From Bryobacterales bacterium (GTDB taxonomy: Bacteria > Acidobacteriota > Terriglobia > Bryobacterales > UBA6623), in NCBI GenBank assembly GCA_963422375.2, contig OY729428.2, forward strand, positions 3,040,001 through 3,104,000: a stretch of DNA of 64,000 nucleotides. Reading direction: 5' to 3'. The first letter of the stretch is position 1, and each line of letters opens with the position of its first letter. This document shows, piece after piece, positions 1 through 13,000 of the stretch. A program made the position numbers and the translations under genes. The notes beneath the pieces are model-generated. The model was not told the origin of the DNA and searched no databases. It was given only the letters and a program-made list of their open reading frames with translations.

Positions 1-2
1 GC

Positions 3-116
3 TGCGACCCCGCCCCCCGCTGGAACCGGACCGGCGACGCCCTTCTCATCCCGGGCCTGCTCGAGGACGGCACCCGCCAGATGTTCCTGCTGCGCCTGCC
101 CTCGGCCGCTTCCTGA
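3..116 (+). CDS. 3' end of an upstream gene (TolB-like/beta-propeller-type C-terminus), partial
   Basis: Frame from nt 3 reads CDPAPRWNRTGDALLIPGLLEDGTRQMFLLRLPSAAS* with GC-rich codon usage; TGA at 114-116. Confidence 0.5.
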   Translation, partial: CDPAPRWNRTGDALLIPGLLEDGTRQMFLLRLPSAAS

Positions 117-194
117 CGGCGCCCGTCGCGCCGGGCGCCGGATGCGAGTATCCTTTGAATTGGACGGTGCGGAAGGTCTCGCTTCCAGTCGGCA

Positions 195-2939
195 ATGTCG
201 CACGATCCGAAGTGGCCTTCCGCAATCAACTTAGCCTTTGTCGAGGGCATCTATGCCGACTACTGCCGGGATCCGGCCTCCGTCTCGGACGAGTGGCGTG
301 GGTGGTTGGATTCGTTCGGCGAAGAGCCGGTGCCCGTGCATCCGGCGCTGCCTACGAGCGAGCCTCAAGGGCACGGTCCTGCTCCATCCCCTGACTCGGC
401 CGGCCTGCAGCACCGCGTAGACAAGCTCGTGCGGGCCTACCGTGTGCGGGGGCACGTGGTCGCGCGGGTCGACCCGCTCGACCTCACCAGAAAGGTCGCC
501 GAGGAGCTCGATCCAGCGTTCTACGGCCTCCGGCCCGAAGACATGGACAGCCCGGTTTCGCCGGACACCCTCTCGGGCTGCTATCTAAACACGCCCCGCC
601 AGGTTATCGAGCGGCTGCGCGAGACCTACACGCGCTCGATCGGCGTGCAGTTCATGCACATCGACGACCTCGGCGTCCGCGAGTGGCTGCAGCGGCGCAT
701 GGAACCCACGGGCAACCACGTCCAGCTGAGCCAAGCGCGCCAGCTGCGCATCCTCACCAAGCTGACGGATGCCACGATCTTCGAGGAATTCATCCAGAAG
801 AAATTCGTCGGCGCGAAGAGCTTCTCGCTGGAAGGCTGCGAGACTGTGATCCCCCTGCTAGACCTGCTGATCGAGCGGGCCGGCGACCAAGGCGCACGCG
901 ATGTCGTGATCGGGATGGCGCATCGCGGGCGCCTCAACGTCCTAGCCAATATCATGGGCAAGAACGCCCACCAGATCTTCCGCGAATTCGCCGACCTGGA
1001 CCACGAGCACTACTTGGGGCGCGGCGACGTCAAGTACCACCTCGGCTACCGCGGCTGGTGGCGCACGTCCCAAGGGGACACCCTGCGGACGTCGCTTTGC
1101 TTCAACCCGAGCCATCTGGAGTTCGTCGGGCCCGTCGCGGTGGGCCGGGTGCGCGCCCGGCAGGACCGCAAGGCGGACGCGCGCAGGGTCCATGGACTGT
1201 GCATCCTGCTGCACGGCGACGCCGCGTTCGCAGGCGAAGGGATCGTCCAAGAGACGCTCAACATGAGCCAGCTGTCCGGCTATACGGTGGGCGGAACGAT
1301 CCACATAATCATCAACAACCAGATCGGCTTCACCACGCGGCCGACACAGGGCCGGTCCAGCATCTACGCCTCGGGCGTGGCGAAGATGCTGCAGGTTCCG
1401 ATCCTGCACGTGAACGGCGAGGATCCCGAGGCGGCCGCGCAGGCGGTGCGCCTCGCGGTCGACTTCCGCAAGCAGTACCGGCGCGACGTGGTGATCGACA
1501 TGTACGGTTACCGTCGGCGGGGTCACAACGAGACCGACGAGCCACGCTTCACCCACCCGCTGCTGTACCAAGCCATCAGCGAGCGCAAGCCGGTCCGCGA
1601 GGCCTACCTCGAGCACCTGCTACAGCAAGGGGGGGTCAAGCAGGAGGCGGCCGACCGCATTGCGGACGAAAGGCGCGAGCACCTGGAGCGCGAGCTGGCG
1701 TCCGCCCAGAGCGACGACTACATCCATGTCGGCGACCAGGTCACCGGAGACTGGGCCGGCTACAACCGCGGATCCGACACGCAGATCGCCGAGATCGACA
1801 CCGGCGTGCCACAGGCCAAGCTGGCCCCGATCATCGAGAAGTTGACCAAAGTGCCGAAGGATCACCTCCCGGACCCGCGCATCACTCGGCTCTTGCAGCA
1901 CCGCGCGGAGACGGCCCAAGGGAAGCGCCCGGTGGACTGGGCGACGGCCGAGGCGGCGGCGCTCGGGAGCCTGCTGGTACAAGGCTACAGGGTGCGCTTC
2001 ACGGGACAGGACGCCGAGCGCGGGACGTTTTCGCACCGCCACGCGGTGGTGTTCGACTCCGACACGGGATTCCCGCACGTCCCGTTGCAGCACCTGTCGC
2101 CCCGGCAGGGGCACTTTGAGATCCACAACAGCCCGCTGTCGGAGACCGGCCCGCTGGGCTTCGAGTATGGCTACAGCCTGGAGTGGCCGGACGGGCTGGT
2201 CATCTGGGAGGCCCAGTTCGGCGACTTCTTCAACGCGGCGCAGGTGATCTTCGACCAGTTCATCTCCAGCGGGGAGGACAAGTGGAACCTGTGGAGCGGC
2301 CTCGTGCTGCTGCTGCCGCACGGCTTCGAGGGCCAGGGCCCGGAGCACTCCAGCGCGCGGCTGGAGCGCTTCCTGCAGCAGGCCGCTGAAGAGAACTTCC
2401 AAGTCGCGTGCCCGACGACGCCGACGCAGTACTTCCACCTCCTGCGGCGTCAAGTGATCCGCTCGTGGCGCAAACCGCTGATCGTCATGTCTCCCAAGAG
2501 CCTGCTGCGCCACGCCGCGGTCGTATCAAGCCTTGACGAGCTGGCGAGCGGAACGTTCCGGCGCATCCTGCCCGACTCGGGAACGGACCCGCGCGAGGTC
2601 AGCCGCGTGCTGGGCTGCTGCGGGAAGATCTACTATGACCTCGAGGCGAGGCGGCGGGCGGACGGGCGGCGGGACATCGCCATCGTCCGCCTAGAGCAGC
2701 TTTACCCGATGGATCCCAAGGCCTTGCGGGACGCGCTGGCGCCCTATGGGGGAGCGGAATGCGTCTGGGTCCAAGAGGAGCCGCGCAACATGGGAGCTTG
2801 GCGATACGTCGCCGGGCGCTATCCCGGGAACTTCTCGCGAGCGGTGACCCGGCCGGAATCGGCGAGCCCCGCGACCGGATCCGCTCGCAGCCACAAGCAC
2901 GAGCAGAGCCTTCTGATCAAGGAAGCGTTCGCTAGATAG
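195..2939 (+). CDS. sucA: 2-oxoglutarate dehydrogenase E1
   Basis: 914 aa; [38 protein letters not shown] (ThDP motif), [22 protein letters not shown]. Confidence 0.98.
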   Translation: MSHDPKWPSAINLAFVEGIYADYCRDPASVSDEWRGWLDSFGEEPVPVHPALPTSEPQGHGPAPSPDSAGLQHRVDKLVRAYRVRGHVVARVDPLDLTRKVAEELDPAFYGLRPEDMDSPVSPDTLSGCYLNTPRQVIERLRETYTRSIGVQFMHIDDLGVREWLQRRMEPTGNHVQLSQARQLRILTKLTDATIFEEFIQKKFVGAKSFSLEGCETVIPLLDLLIERAGDQGARDVVIGMAHRGRLNVLANIMGKNAHQIFREFADLDHEHYLGRGDVKYHLGYRGWWRTSQGDTLRTSLCFNPSHLEFVGPVAVGRVRARQDRKADARRVHGLCILLHGDAAFAGEGIVQETLNMSQLSGYTVGGTIHIIINNQIGFTTRPTQGRSSIYASGVAKMLQVPILHVNGEDPEAAAQAVRLAVDFRKQYRRDVVIDMYGYRRRGHNETDEPRFTHPLLYQAISERKPVREAYLEHLLQQGGVKQEAADRIADERREHLERELASAQSDDYIHVGDQVTGDWAGYNRGSDTQIAEIDTGVPQAKLAPIIEKLTKVPKDHLPDPRITRLLQHRAETAQGKRPVDWATAEAAALGSLLVQGYRVRFTGQDAERGTFSHRHAVVFDSDTGFPHVPLQHLSPRQGHFEIHNSPLSETGPLGFEYGYSLEWPDGLVIWEAQFGDFFNAAQVIFDQFISSGEDKWNLWSGLVLLLPHGFEGQGPEHSSARLERFLQQAAEENFQVACPTTPTQYFHLLRRQVIRSWRKPLIVMSPKSLLRHAAVVSSLDELASGTFRRILPDSGTDPREVSRVLGCCGKIYYDLEARRRADGRRDIAIVRLEQLYPMDPKALRDALAPYGGAECVWVQEEPRNMGAWRYVAGRYPGNFSRAVTRPESASPATGSARSHKHEQSLLIKEAFAR

Positions 2940-2961
2940 GTACGCTAGAGACCGGCGCGCG

Positions 2962-4230
2962 ATGCCCGTAGAACTGAGAATCCCGGAAGCCGGTGAGTCC
3001 ATCACCGAGGTTCGCGTCGGTGCCTGGCGCAAGGCGGAGGGCGACTTCGTCGCGCTGGACGAGGTGGTCGTGGAGATCGAGACAGACAAGGCCGCCATGG
3101 AACTCCCCGCCCCGGCAAGCGGGACGCTCGGCAAGATCCTCAAGGCCGAAGGCAGCGAAGCGGCGGTGGGCGATGTGATCGCCTCTATCGAGGAGGGCAC
3201 CGCGCCCCGGGCCGAGATGGCCCCGATCGGGCGGGATCAAGCCGCCGAGGGGCCTGGCGAGACGGCCCATGCCCCCGAGTCCCGCGTCATGCCTTCGGCC
3301 CGGCGGGTTCTGGGCGAGGCGGGCGTGCCGGTCGAGACCGCCACCGGAACGGGCCCGGGCGGCCGGGTGCTGAAGGAGGACGCGCAGCGAGCGGTTGCCG
3401 CGGCTGGGGCGGCCGTTCCGCCCGCAAACTTGCCCTCCGCTGCCGCTACGGCGCCGACCTCTCCGGCGCGCTCGCGCCCGGCCCCTTCCCCGTCGGCCCC
3501 GCGGCCAACGGCCTCCGACGGAGGGTCGGGGCGCGAGGAAGAGACGGTGCCGATGACCCCGATGCGCAGGGTCATTGCGAGGAACCTCGTCAGGGCCCAG
3601 CAGGACGCCGCCCTCCTGACCACTTTCAACGAGGCCGACATGTCCGAGGTGATCGGACTGCGGCGCCGCTACCGGGACGCGTTCCTCAACCGGCACGGAG
3701 TGAAGTTGGGCTTCATGTCGTTCTTCGTGAAAGCGGCGGTTCAGGCGCTCCAAGCGGTCCCCGCGGTCAACGCCCGCGTCCTAGACCAGCAGCTCGTCTA
3801 CCGCAAGTACCAGGACATCGGGATCGCCGTCGGCGGCGGGCGGGGCCTGGTCGTACCCGTCCTGCGCAACGCCGAGTCGATGAGCTTCGCCGAGATCGAG
3901 CGGACTATCGCCGACTTCGGCGCGCGCGCCCGCGAGAACCGGATCGAGCTCTCGGAACTGCGCGGCGGGACTTTCACGATTTCGAACGGCGGGATCTACG
4001 GCTCCATGCTATCGACCCCCATCGTGAATCCCCCCCAGAGCGGCATCCTAGGGATGCATGCGATCAAGAACCGGCCCGTGGCGATTGACGGGGAGGTGGC
4101 GGTCCGCCCGATGATGTACCTCGCGCTGACCTACGACCACCGCATCGTGGACGGGCGCGAGGCCGTCACGTTCCTCAACCACGTCAAGGACCTCGTCGAG
4201 AGCCCGGAGCGTATCTGGCTCCAAGTCTAG
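2962..4230 (+). CDS. sucB: Dihydrolipoyl succinyltransferase E2
   Basis: Lipoyl domain ETDKA, E3-binding GTGPGGRV, catalytic TYDHRIVDG; follows sucA. Confidence 0.97.
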   Translation: MPVELRIPEAGESITEVRVGAWRKAEGDFVALDEVVVEIETDKAAMELPAPASGTLGKILKAEGSEAAVGDVIASIEEGTAPRAEMAPIGRDQAAEGPGETAHAPESRVMPSARRVLGEAGVPVETATGTGPGGRVLKEDAQRAVAAAGAAVPPANLPSAAATAPTSPARSRPAPSPSAPRPTASDGGSGREEETVPMTPMRRVIARNLVRAQQDAALLTTFNEADMSEVIGLRRRYRDAFLNRHGVKLGFMSFFVKAAVQALQAVPAVNARVLDQQLVYRKYQDIGIAVGGGRGLVVPVLRNAESMSFAEIERTIADFGARARENRIELSELRGGTFTISNGGIYGSMLSTPIVNPPQSGILGMHAIKNRPVAIDGEVAVRPMMYLALTYDHRIVDGREAVTFLNHVKDLVESPERIWLQV

Positions 4231-4276
4231 GCGGGCCCGTCCCGCGGGAGAGCGCTCGCGCAGCTGTTCAATTCCC

Positions 4277-5662
4277 ATGAAGACCCACGACCTGATCGTC
4301 ATCGGCGGCGGCCCCGGCGGATACACTGCGGCCATTCGGGCGGCACAGCTCGGACTGAACGTCGCCTGCGTGGAAGAGGAGAAGGCGCTCGGGGGCACCT
4401 GCCTGCGGATCGGCTGCATACCGAGCAAGGCCCTGCTGGAATCGTCCGAGCTCTACGAGAAAGCCGCCCGCAGCTTTCGCAGCCACGGGATTTCGCTGGC
4501 CGACCTCCGACTCGACCTAGACAGGATGTTGCGGCGCAAGGACCGCGTGGTCGCCTCGCTGACCCAAGGAGTGGCGGGCCTGATCCGAAAGAACAGGATC
4601 ACGCGTTACCAAGGCCACGCTCGATTCGTTTCCGCTTCGCGGCTGGTTATCGAGGACGGCGAGAGCAGGAGCGAGATCGAGGGCAAGAGCATTCTCGTCG
4701 CGACCGGCAGCAAGGCGGCGCCCCTGCCGGGGATCGAGCTCGACGGTGACCGCGTCGGCACGAGCACCGAGGCACTGTCGTACAGCAGCGTCCCAGATCG
4801 GCTTGCCGTGATCGGTGCCGGCTACATCGGACTCGAGATGGGATCGGTGTGGCGGCGGCTGGGCTCGAAGGTCGTGGTGTTCGAGTACCTGGACCGCATC
4901 CTGCCCGGAATGGACGCGGAAGTGGCCGCGGCGGCGCGCAAGGCCTTCACCCGGCAGGGCATGGAGTTTCGGCTTCGCTCCAAGGTGACCGGATGCCGGG
5001 CAGGGCGAGACCGCTGCATGGTCGAATGCGAGGGAGCGGAGCCCTACGAGTGCGACCGGGTGCTTGTCGCGGTGGGACGGAGGCCGAACACAGCCGGGCT
5101 CGGCCTCGACGCCGCCGGCGTGCGACTCGACAATCGGGGCCGGATCGCCGTGGACGATTCGTACCGCACGTCCGCCGAGGGCGTCTACGCGATCGGGGAC
5201 GTGATCCCCGGGCCGATGCTCGCTCACAAGGCCCAGGAGGAGGGCGTGGCCTGCGTCGAACGGATGGTTACGGGATACGGGCACGTCAACTACGACACGA
5301 TCCCGGGCGTCGTGTATACGCATCCCGAGATCGCGTCAGTAGGCAAGACCGAGGAGAACCTGAAGGAGAGCGGCGCACTCTACAGGAAAGGCAAGTTTCC
5401 GTTCATGGCGAACGGCCGCGCAAAGGCTATGGCGGATACCGAAGGCTTCGCCAAGATCCTGGCGCATTCCGACACGGACAAGGTGCTTGGCGTGCATGTG
5501 ATTGGCCCTCGGGCAGGCGATTTGATCGCCGAGGCGGCCGTCGCCATCGAATTCGGCGCCTCAAGCGAGGACCTGGCTCGATCGTGCCACGCCCATCCGA
5601 CTCTTGCGGAGGTCATCAAGGAGGCAGCGCTCGCGACGGACGAGCGAGCCCTTCACATGTAG
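4277..5662 (+). CDS. lpdA: Dihydrolipoyl dehydrogenase E3
   Basis: GGGPGGY, GGTCLRIGCIPSK, HAHPTLAE. Confidence 0.98.
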   Translation: MKTHDLIVIGGGPGGYTAAIRAAQLGLNVACVEEEKALGGTCLRIGCIPSKALLESSELYEKAARSFRSHGISLADLRLDLDRMLRRKDRVVASLTQGVAGLIRKNRITRYQGHARFVSASRLVIEDGESRSEIEGKSILVATGSKAAPLPGIELDGDRVGTSTEALSYSSVPDRLAVIGAGYIGLEMGSVWRRLGSKVVVFEYLDRILPGMDAEVAAAARKAFTRQGMEFRLRSKVTGCRAGRDRCMVECEGAEPYECDRVLVAVGRRPNTAGLGLDAAGVRLDNRGRIAVDDSYRTSAEGVYAIGDVIPGPMLAHKAQEEGVACVERMVTGYGHVNYDTIPGVVYTHPEIASVGKTEENLKESGALYRKGKFPFMANGRAKAMADTEGFAKILAHSDTDKVLGVHVIGPRAGDLIAEAAVAIEFGASSEDLARSCHAHPTLAEVIKEAALATDERALHM

Positions 5663-5693
5663 GAAAGAGTACGGGTGTAGGAAAGAGTACGGG
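5658..5693. repeat. 18-bp perfect tandem duplication spanning the lpdA stop
   Basis: tgtaggaaagagtacggg x2 (5658-5675, 5676-5693); base composition drops shortly downstream. Confidence 0.95.
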
Positions 5694-6014
5694 AACTGCA
5701 AGGCTGGCAGCGAAAGCGAACAGCGTCCCGGCGTACAGTCAGTTTGCGGCTGCCATCAACGGACCGGGCTCGATGCTCTGTCGGTGCCCTCGGCATTGAA
5801 TGCGCCTCAGGGCGCTTGCCTAGGGAATCTCGGACTAACACAATCGAATACGTTGTATGCTCCAAGCACAGGCAACCATCCCAAGTGTCAATGAAGTACG
5901 TTGGCAGGAAGAGACGATGTTGAGTTGCATTTGACAGTCTTTTTTCCACGAGAGCGAGCGACGCGGTTCGACCACCCGCCGTAGAGCGTCGGACAGACGA
6001 GACGAGGCCTAGGC

Positions 6015-7163
6015 ATGCCTGACTTCTACGAATTCTTCGCAGGGGCGGGAATGGCCCGTGCTGGCCTCGGGTCACGTTGGAATTGCGTCTTTGCCAACGA
6101 CGTGTGCGAGAAGAAGGCACGGTCGTATCGAGCGAACTGAGGAGGTGCGACGCTAGTTCGGTCCGACGTAGCCAACCTGTCATCCCGGGACCTGCCCGGT
6201 ACTGCGGATCTCGCATGGGCATCCTTCCCATGCCAAGATCTCTCCCTCGCAGGCTCCGGCTCAGGGCTCAACCGAAAGCGATCCGGCACGTTCTGGGCGT
6301 TCTGGGAACTAATCAAGGCGCTTTGCACCGACAGCCGGAAGCCATCAATCATTGTGGTCGAGAATGTGAGAAGCACGCTGACGTCTCGCCGGGGAGCGGA
6401 CTTTGCGGAAATCATTGCAGCAATGGTGCAGGCGCGGTACCGCGTGGGCGCGCTCATTCTTGACGCGGTACGATTCGTGCCTCAGTCGCGCCCGAGGTTG
6501 TTTGTCGTTGCCACGCGATGCGGGCTCGCCATCCCGACCGCCCTAGCATCAAGTTCCCCGGTCGGCCCTTGGCACACCGCCTCAGTTATCGCGACACTCA
6601 ATCGACTTCCTGAGATCAGCAGGAAGGCTTGGTACTGGTGGAATGTTCCCCAGCCAATTGATCGCAATTCGGTGTTTTCCGATTTCCTAGAGACGAAACC
6701 GAGTGGCATTACTTGGCATTCGAAAGCAGAAATAGACAGGTTGCTGAGTATGATGAGTCCTACACACCAAGCGAGAGTTCGAGCAGCGAGTGAGTCGGGA
6801 AACACGGTAATCGGTACGATTTACAAGCGAACCCGCCGGGACGAGAATGGGCACAGAAGGCAGCGAGCAGAAGTGCGTTTCGACGGTGTCTCCGGTTGCC
6901 TTCGTACTCCGCAAGGAGGGTCCAGCCGTCAGACGATCATCATTGTCAACGGAGCGAGAGTTCGGGCGAGGCTGCTTTCGCCTCGAGAGGCCGCAAGGCT
7001 CATGGAATTGCCTGACGACTATGGACTTCCTTCAAATTACAACGAGGCATATCACCTTTCTGGTGACGGTGTCGTCGTCCCAGTCGTGCGACATTTGTCT
7101 GCACATCTTCTTGAACCAATTGTGATTACTAACAAGAAGAACCATCGGTTTTTTTTGTGCTAA
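6015..7163 (+). pseudogene. DNA (cytosine-5)-methyltransferase with a single in-frame TGA
   Basis: ATG 6015: MPDFYEFFAGAG (motif I) ... RAN*GG (TGA 6138-6140) ... SFPCQDLS (catalytic PC), ENV, QSRPR, GDGVVVPV; one frame throughout. Confidence 0.92.
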
Positions 7164-7436
7164 TGACATGCCTGAATTACTTGCTAGAGGAGTTCGTATT
7201 GTTCAATAGTTTCCGAGGAAAAAGTCCACTCTGCGTGGCATTGGTTTTGACTCGTGTTGCGAAGAAAAAAGTCTTACCTTTAGACCATTTTGGACTTGCT
7301 TACTAGGCGGAAGGGCCAAGTCCACGGACTCGGTCGTAACGCTGTTCAGGAAATCCTGACCGAACATCGAATTCATCGCGTTCTTGCTTCGGAGGGAGGT
7401 TGCACAAGTAGAGGAAGCACAGAGAATATGAGGTTA

Positions 7437-8443
7437 CCTGATTACCAACGAACATCAGCCGAGGATATGCTATACTGGAGGAGGTCGGAAACCTCTGACA
7501 GGAAAGGGGATAGCTGATGAAACGCAATCGCGTGCAATTCCAGAAGGGACTCAGCCCGGGCAAGTTCCTGCAGCGCTACGGCAGCGAGGGGCAATGCGAG
7601 CAGGCCATCTTCAAGGCCCGCTGGCCGGACGGCTTCCGCTGCCCGGAGTGCGGCTCCCGGCGGCACTGCCGCATCCGCTCCCGCAAGCTCCGGCAGTGCC
7701 ATGCCTGCCACCGCCGGACCTCCCTCGTCGCCGGCACGATCTTCGCCGCCACCCAGCTGCCGCTGACCGTCCGGTTGCTGGCGCTCCACCTGCTGACGCA
7801 GGGCCAGCACGGCGTTTCGTCGCTGGAACTGGCGCGGCAGCTGGGGGTCAGCCAGAATACCGCCTGGAAGATGAAGCACAAGCTCTTGCAAGGGATGAAG
7901 GATCGCGACGAGCGCGTGCCGCTGGCCGGCATCGTGCAGGTGGACGACGCCTACCGGGGCGGGGAGCGGAGCGGCGGCAAGCGCGGTCGCGGCCGCCGTG
8001 CAGGTCAGCGCCGCCGGCCAGCCGGCAAGGATGCGCCTGAGCAGCGTGGCGGGCTTGCGCAAGAAGACGCTGGCAGCGTGGGCCGGGCGGCACTTGCAGC
8101 CCGGCACGAAGGTGCATTCCGACGGCCCGGCCTGCTTCCGGGGCGTGGCCGACGCCGGCTGCGAGCACGTGCCGACCGTCACCGGAGGCGGGAAGCGGAG
8201 CTGCGGGGATTCCCGCTTCGTCCGGGTCAGCACGATGCTGGGGAACGTCAAGCAGTCCCTGGCGGGAACCTACCATTCGTTCGACGGCAAGCACCTGCCG
8301 CGCTACCTCGCCGAGTTCCGCTACCGCTTCAACCGCCGCTACGATCTGGAGGCGCTGGTCCCCCGCCTGCTCCACGCCTCCGTGCGCACCCCGCCCAGGC
8401 CTTACCGTCTCCTAACCTTGGCTGAGTCTTGTGGGTAATCAGG
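7437..8443 (+). mobile_element. IS1595-family element, IS1595 group (copy A1), with 8-bp target duplication
   Basis: TIRs cctgattaccaacgaacatcagcc / ggctgagtcttgtgggtaatcagg; TSD tgaggtta at 7429-7436 and 8444-8451. Confidence 0.95.
7517..8438 (+). pseudogene. IS1595 transposase, frameshifted by a 26-bp deletion
   Basis: Zn-ribbon CPEC..CHAC, VQVDDAY, HSDG, YLAEFRYRFNRR; lacks gcggcgggcaagacgccgttcgtggc present in copy A2. Confidence 0.92.
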
Positions 8444-10073
8444 TGAGGTTATACGTTGAGTTTCTGAACGAATTGTAACGGCGCGGCGAAGTCGACATTA
8501 GAATGATCGAAGAATTCTGGATTGACCAAGTCCATGCATTCTTTGCGTCGCGGCCGTTTCGCCTCATCGCGGACCCATCGCGTAGCTTACGCTCCATAGT
8601 ATCGGACCTACTCGCGCAAGCTGTCGAGCACCAAAGCAGCATGCATGGAAGAAATTATGCGGGTGCGTTGCTATAGCATCTTGTCGGAGCAAAACTGGAG
8701 TACGTGCTTGGCAAGGATGTAGTGAGTCACAGTGGTTTTTCCTTGCAACTTGACCATCACAGCTATTCAACTGCGGATTCTCAGATCGGAAAACAAGCAG
8801 ATTTCTCTGTTGGAGATGCTGTCATTCATGTGACTATGGCACCAAGTGAAGCGGCAATTTAACGTTGTCGTGACAACCTTCGAGCCGGACTACATCCGAT
8901 CTTAGTGACAGCGGGACGGCAAGCAGAGCTTGCCATGATTCTCACAAAGAATCGGGGCCTTGGTGATCGGATCGATGTATTCAATATCGAACAGTTTCTA
9001 GCACTCAATATTTATGAATTGTCTGAATCCAATTCGAAAAGAAGAAATATTGTTGTCTCTGATTACATCGAATGTTACAATCGAATCATAGAGGTATCAG
9101 AAACTGATCTTAGCCTAAAGATAGAGCACAGAGGGTCAACCTGACCCATGAATGACTTCCTCTAGCCAATCGAATCCAATGCCTGAGCGAACAGATTGCG
9201 AAGAAGAAATGCACAATAAGACATCTGATCCTTAGAATCGATTCTCTTTCCTAAGATCGTGCCTCTACAATCATAGGGTCTAGTCTGCCCTAAAGGACCG
9301 TTGGACAGCGATACGGCATCATTAGAACAGGCATGGAATGATTTGCTCAGGAACCCGCTTTGTTCTCCTGTTCTCGGCAAAAATATGACCCACTGTGGGT
9401 TGGAAATTGCTTGTTTGACTGCGAGAATTCCACCCTAAATCCAATTCAAACCGATCTATTCTACGGTGACATATTCGACCGTTCCTACTCAATCGTAACA
9501 GCCGACAGCCAGAGTTCCCTGCCGAATTTCTTTGGATAATTCAGTTTAGGCGGGACATTTGGCATACTGACATTCCTTGATTCTGAGCTGGACATGGCGA
9601 GCGTGCCGATGGGGCGGATCCGGTCGCACTCGCATCGGAGCATCCGATAGGGCATCCAAGCCCGAACCTCCGACTCAGGTTCGTCTCCTCACGTCCTAGT
9701 TCGCACGTAGGACGACTCCAACGAACCGGGAGCAGAGCCCCACCTGCAAGCGGGTCCGCCAGAAATCAGTGCGGGACGGCTTCGACCCAGTTGAGGTGCC
9801 AGATACGACGCCCTACGGCCCGAGGGTGTGCTTTCGGCCAGGCCGTCACATCTCGGTAGCGAGGATGGGGCCTTCAGTCGGCTGCGCCCGACTCGAACCG
9901 CGACAGAATAAATGAGACCGTCGGCAATTTGCCTATCCCGGCAACTCCTTGTTAAACAGGAGCCCCGGCACGTCCGCCGCTCGTTCCGACGTCTCGAAGG
10001 CGGGAAGTCTGAAGCTCCGCCCGATCGTCGATTGGACGAAATTGAAGGGTTCGCCCCTTAGCGCTGCCGACTG

Positions 10074-13000
10074 TCATCGAGTAAACCAAAGATCCGAGGC
10101 TTGATTCGTCGCGAACGCCGGGATCGTGCCGGTCCTCGGCATCTCTTCGATCACTCCGGCCCGAAACCGAAGGGTCTCCCGCGAAGACGAACTCCGGCGC
10201 GGGCCAGGCAGCACAATGCCGGTCAGGTTGAGAGGATCCGAGCAGCAGATCTCGATGGATTCCTCGTCTCCCCGGCTTCGACGCAGCGAGCGGAGCAGTT
10301 CGAGCGCTTCCGGCAGCGCGTACTGCTCGCCGCGAAAAGCCTCCAGAAAGCGCCCTCCGCGGATCTCCCCGCGCGCCTCCATCCGGCGCAGGGCCCGAGC
10401 GACCTCGCGCCATCGCGGCGCGTACAGCTCGTGACGGACTAGGTCCCGGAACACGACGCCCCACCTGGCCAGCAACTGGCGCGCCAAGCCGTCGATCGCC
10501 TTGCCGTCGCCGTCCCGCTCTTCTCCTCCGATCGCCTCGGCCTGAAGCGCCCAGCGTCCCGGGACATGCCGCGGACGTCGATTCCTGTCCCGGCCCTCTC
10601 CCCGGCGACGTTTCGAATCGAGGAGCGCGCGGAGGTTCTCGAATCCATCGGCCGTCACCAGCCCCGCCGTAGCGAGTTCCCACAAACCGTCCTCGACCTC
10701 GCTGGCGAGCCGACCGGTCCAGCGCACGAGGTCGCTGAAGAAACAGGCGCCCCGTCTCTCCAAGCAGGCCAGCGCCTCCCTCGCCGGGTGCGACAGCACC
10801 GTCCGCTGCCTCGAACCGTCCCTCCGCGCAAGAGGCACAAGCCACTGGGCGTCCTCGCGCACTAGGAGCGCGATAGGAGCCGACCGAGTGGGACGGACCC
10901 TCGCGTCGGGCCTGCGCCTGCCAAGATCGCGAGCGTCGGAATCGACCGCGAAGGCAGGGTGAAACGAGATGCGCACCCAAATCACCTCGCCGGCAAAGCA
11001 CAGCCGGTCGAGGTATTCCGGCTTGTAGTCCGCGACCCTCGACGGCAGCACGTGGGATTCCCAGGACGAAGCCGCGATCTCGAACGCCTGCAACTGCTTG
11101 ATGACCTGCAGTGTGCCGTCCGTGCCATGCAGGCGGCTTACCGGCATCGCGTGCTGCCAACGGCAGAGAAAGCGCATGAAGTCAGCGCTGGAAACCGGCT
11201 CGATTTCCCGCCTGAGCTTGCCAAGGGTGAGGCGGTGGATCCTAGCCAGCAGCCCTCGTTCGCACCATTCGATGGCGCCGTCTGCCGCGCCCGGGTCGAA
11301 GCGGCCCCGAAGGATCCGTCCCTCTCCTTCAAGGCGAGCCAGAGCCGCTTCGACCGCCTGAAGCGGCAAGCCCTGCCGGTCGGCAAGGGACCGCGCCGTC
11401 CGGGGGCCGACGCAATCCAGCCAGCCCCCTAGCATGGCGGCGATGCAGGCTTCCCTGCCCTCCGGCAAGGGTCGGCTGGACGGCACGGCTGCGATCTCCG
11501 GATCCGACTCGGCACCGGGGTAGATTCGCAGGGCTAGCTCGAGCCGCTCGGCAGCAACCCAGTAGCTGCGCTCGCCAGCCCGGACCAGAGTGGCGCGCGA
11601 CCGAGCGGCCAGATCGGCGAAGAAGCGGACCCACTCGTCCTCCGGAGCCAGCGCCACGAGAGTCAGCAGGGCGTCGTGGAGCTCGTCGGCGTCGCGAACG
11701 GGCGGCCAAGCCTCTCTGGCGACCCGCCGGATGGCTTCCGGGTCAAGCGCTCCCATGCCGTCGGCCAGCCCGGGTGCGAGGCTCCGGCGCATCTGGACCG
11801 CTCTCGCCCTCCGCTCCTCAAGCGGCGCATTGTCGAGGAATGCGTACGGATTCGAGTTCAGGATCTCGTGCGCGAACGGAGACGGCTCGGGGGTCTCGAT
11901 CGCCGCCGCTTGCGTCTCCCCTGCCCCGATGCTCCGGAGCAGCGCCGACAGGCCGTCGAAATCCATTGCCTCGTGCAGGCAATTCCCGATTGTCTCCTGC
12001 ACGAGCGGGTGCTGCGGGACGCGCACCTCCCCCGCGAGGTTCTCCGCGCACGCCGCCTGGTCCGGGAACACGCCGGCCAGTAGGTCGTCCGAGCGCATCC
12101 TCTGGATTGGCGGAGGCACCTTCCGCCCGCCGGCGAACCGCAGCACCGCCAAGGCGCGGGAGGCGTTCCAGCGCCATCGCGCGGAAAACATCGGTACGTC
12201 AAGCAAGGCCTGCGTGAGCACATGCTCGAGCGTTGCGGGTTGCAGAAACTCGAACACCACTTCCAGCGGGAACGAATGCTGTTCGGTGAGCGAGATGACA
12301 ATGCCGTCGTCGGTGGCCGCGGCTTGTAGCTCGAGGTTGAAAGTCCGACAGAATCGCTTCCGCAGGGCCAGGCCCCAAGCGCGGTTGATCCTTGTGCCAA
12401 ACGGAGCGTGCATGACAAGCTGCATCCCGCCGGACTCGTCAAAGAAGCGTTCCGCTACCACCTTCGATGAGCAGGGCAACGCGTCCAGCGCCTCCCTGCC
12501 AGCCAGCACGTAGCGTGCCGCCTCCTCGGCACTACCGTGATCCAACCCGCATTCGGCTACGAGGAAAGCCGCAGCGGCGTCCTCCCCTCCCTCCCCGTCG
12601 GCAGCGCGAGCGATCCCTTCGCGGACCGCGGAGACGTGGCTTGAGAGCTCGGCAGTCCGTCCGGGAGCCTCGCCGAGCCAGAACGGCACGGTCGGAGCGG
12701 CCCCACGGGCGTCCTCCACCCGAACCTTGCCCGTCTCCACCCGCCGGACCCGCCACGAGGTCGTGCCGAGCAGAAAGACGTCACCGATGCTGCTCTCCAC
12801 GGCGAAGTCCTCGTCGAGCATGCCTACAAAAGTGCCCTGCGGCTCGGCAACGACCGAGTACTGCGCCGTGTCGGGAATGGCACCGCCCGAGGTGAGCGCG
12901 GCCAAGCGCGCGCCGCGGCGCGGCCGAAGGAGTCCGTGAACCTGGTCCCGATGCAGGTAGGTCCCCCGGCGTCCCTTCGCCGTAGCGATACCGTCAGAGA

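Larger units (their letters stand above)
7163..9144 (+). pseudogene. DUF4928-like protein (putative restriction nuclease), multiply disrupted and split by an IS
   Basis: Left of IS: GQVHGLGRNAVQEIL..RVLASEGG.TSRGS; right of IS: LYVEFLN..FWIDQVHAFF..HLVGAKL..DFSVGDAVIHVT..RIDVFNIEQF..ETDLSLKIE; several stops and frameshifts; low GC. Family assignment from recalled motifs. Confidence 0.75.

Noticed and set aside
6138..6140. Selenocysteine readthrough in the MTase
   Set aside because: Position is non-catalytic and fits TGG->TGA; the partner gene is also dead
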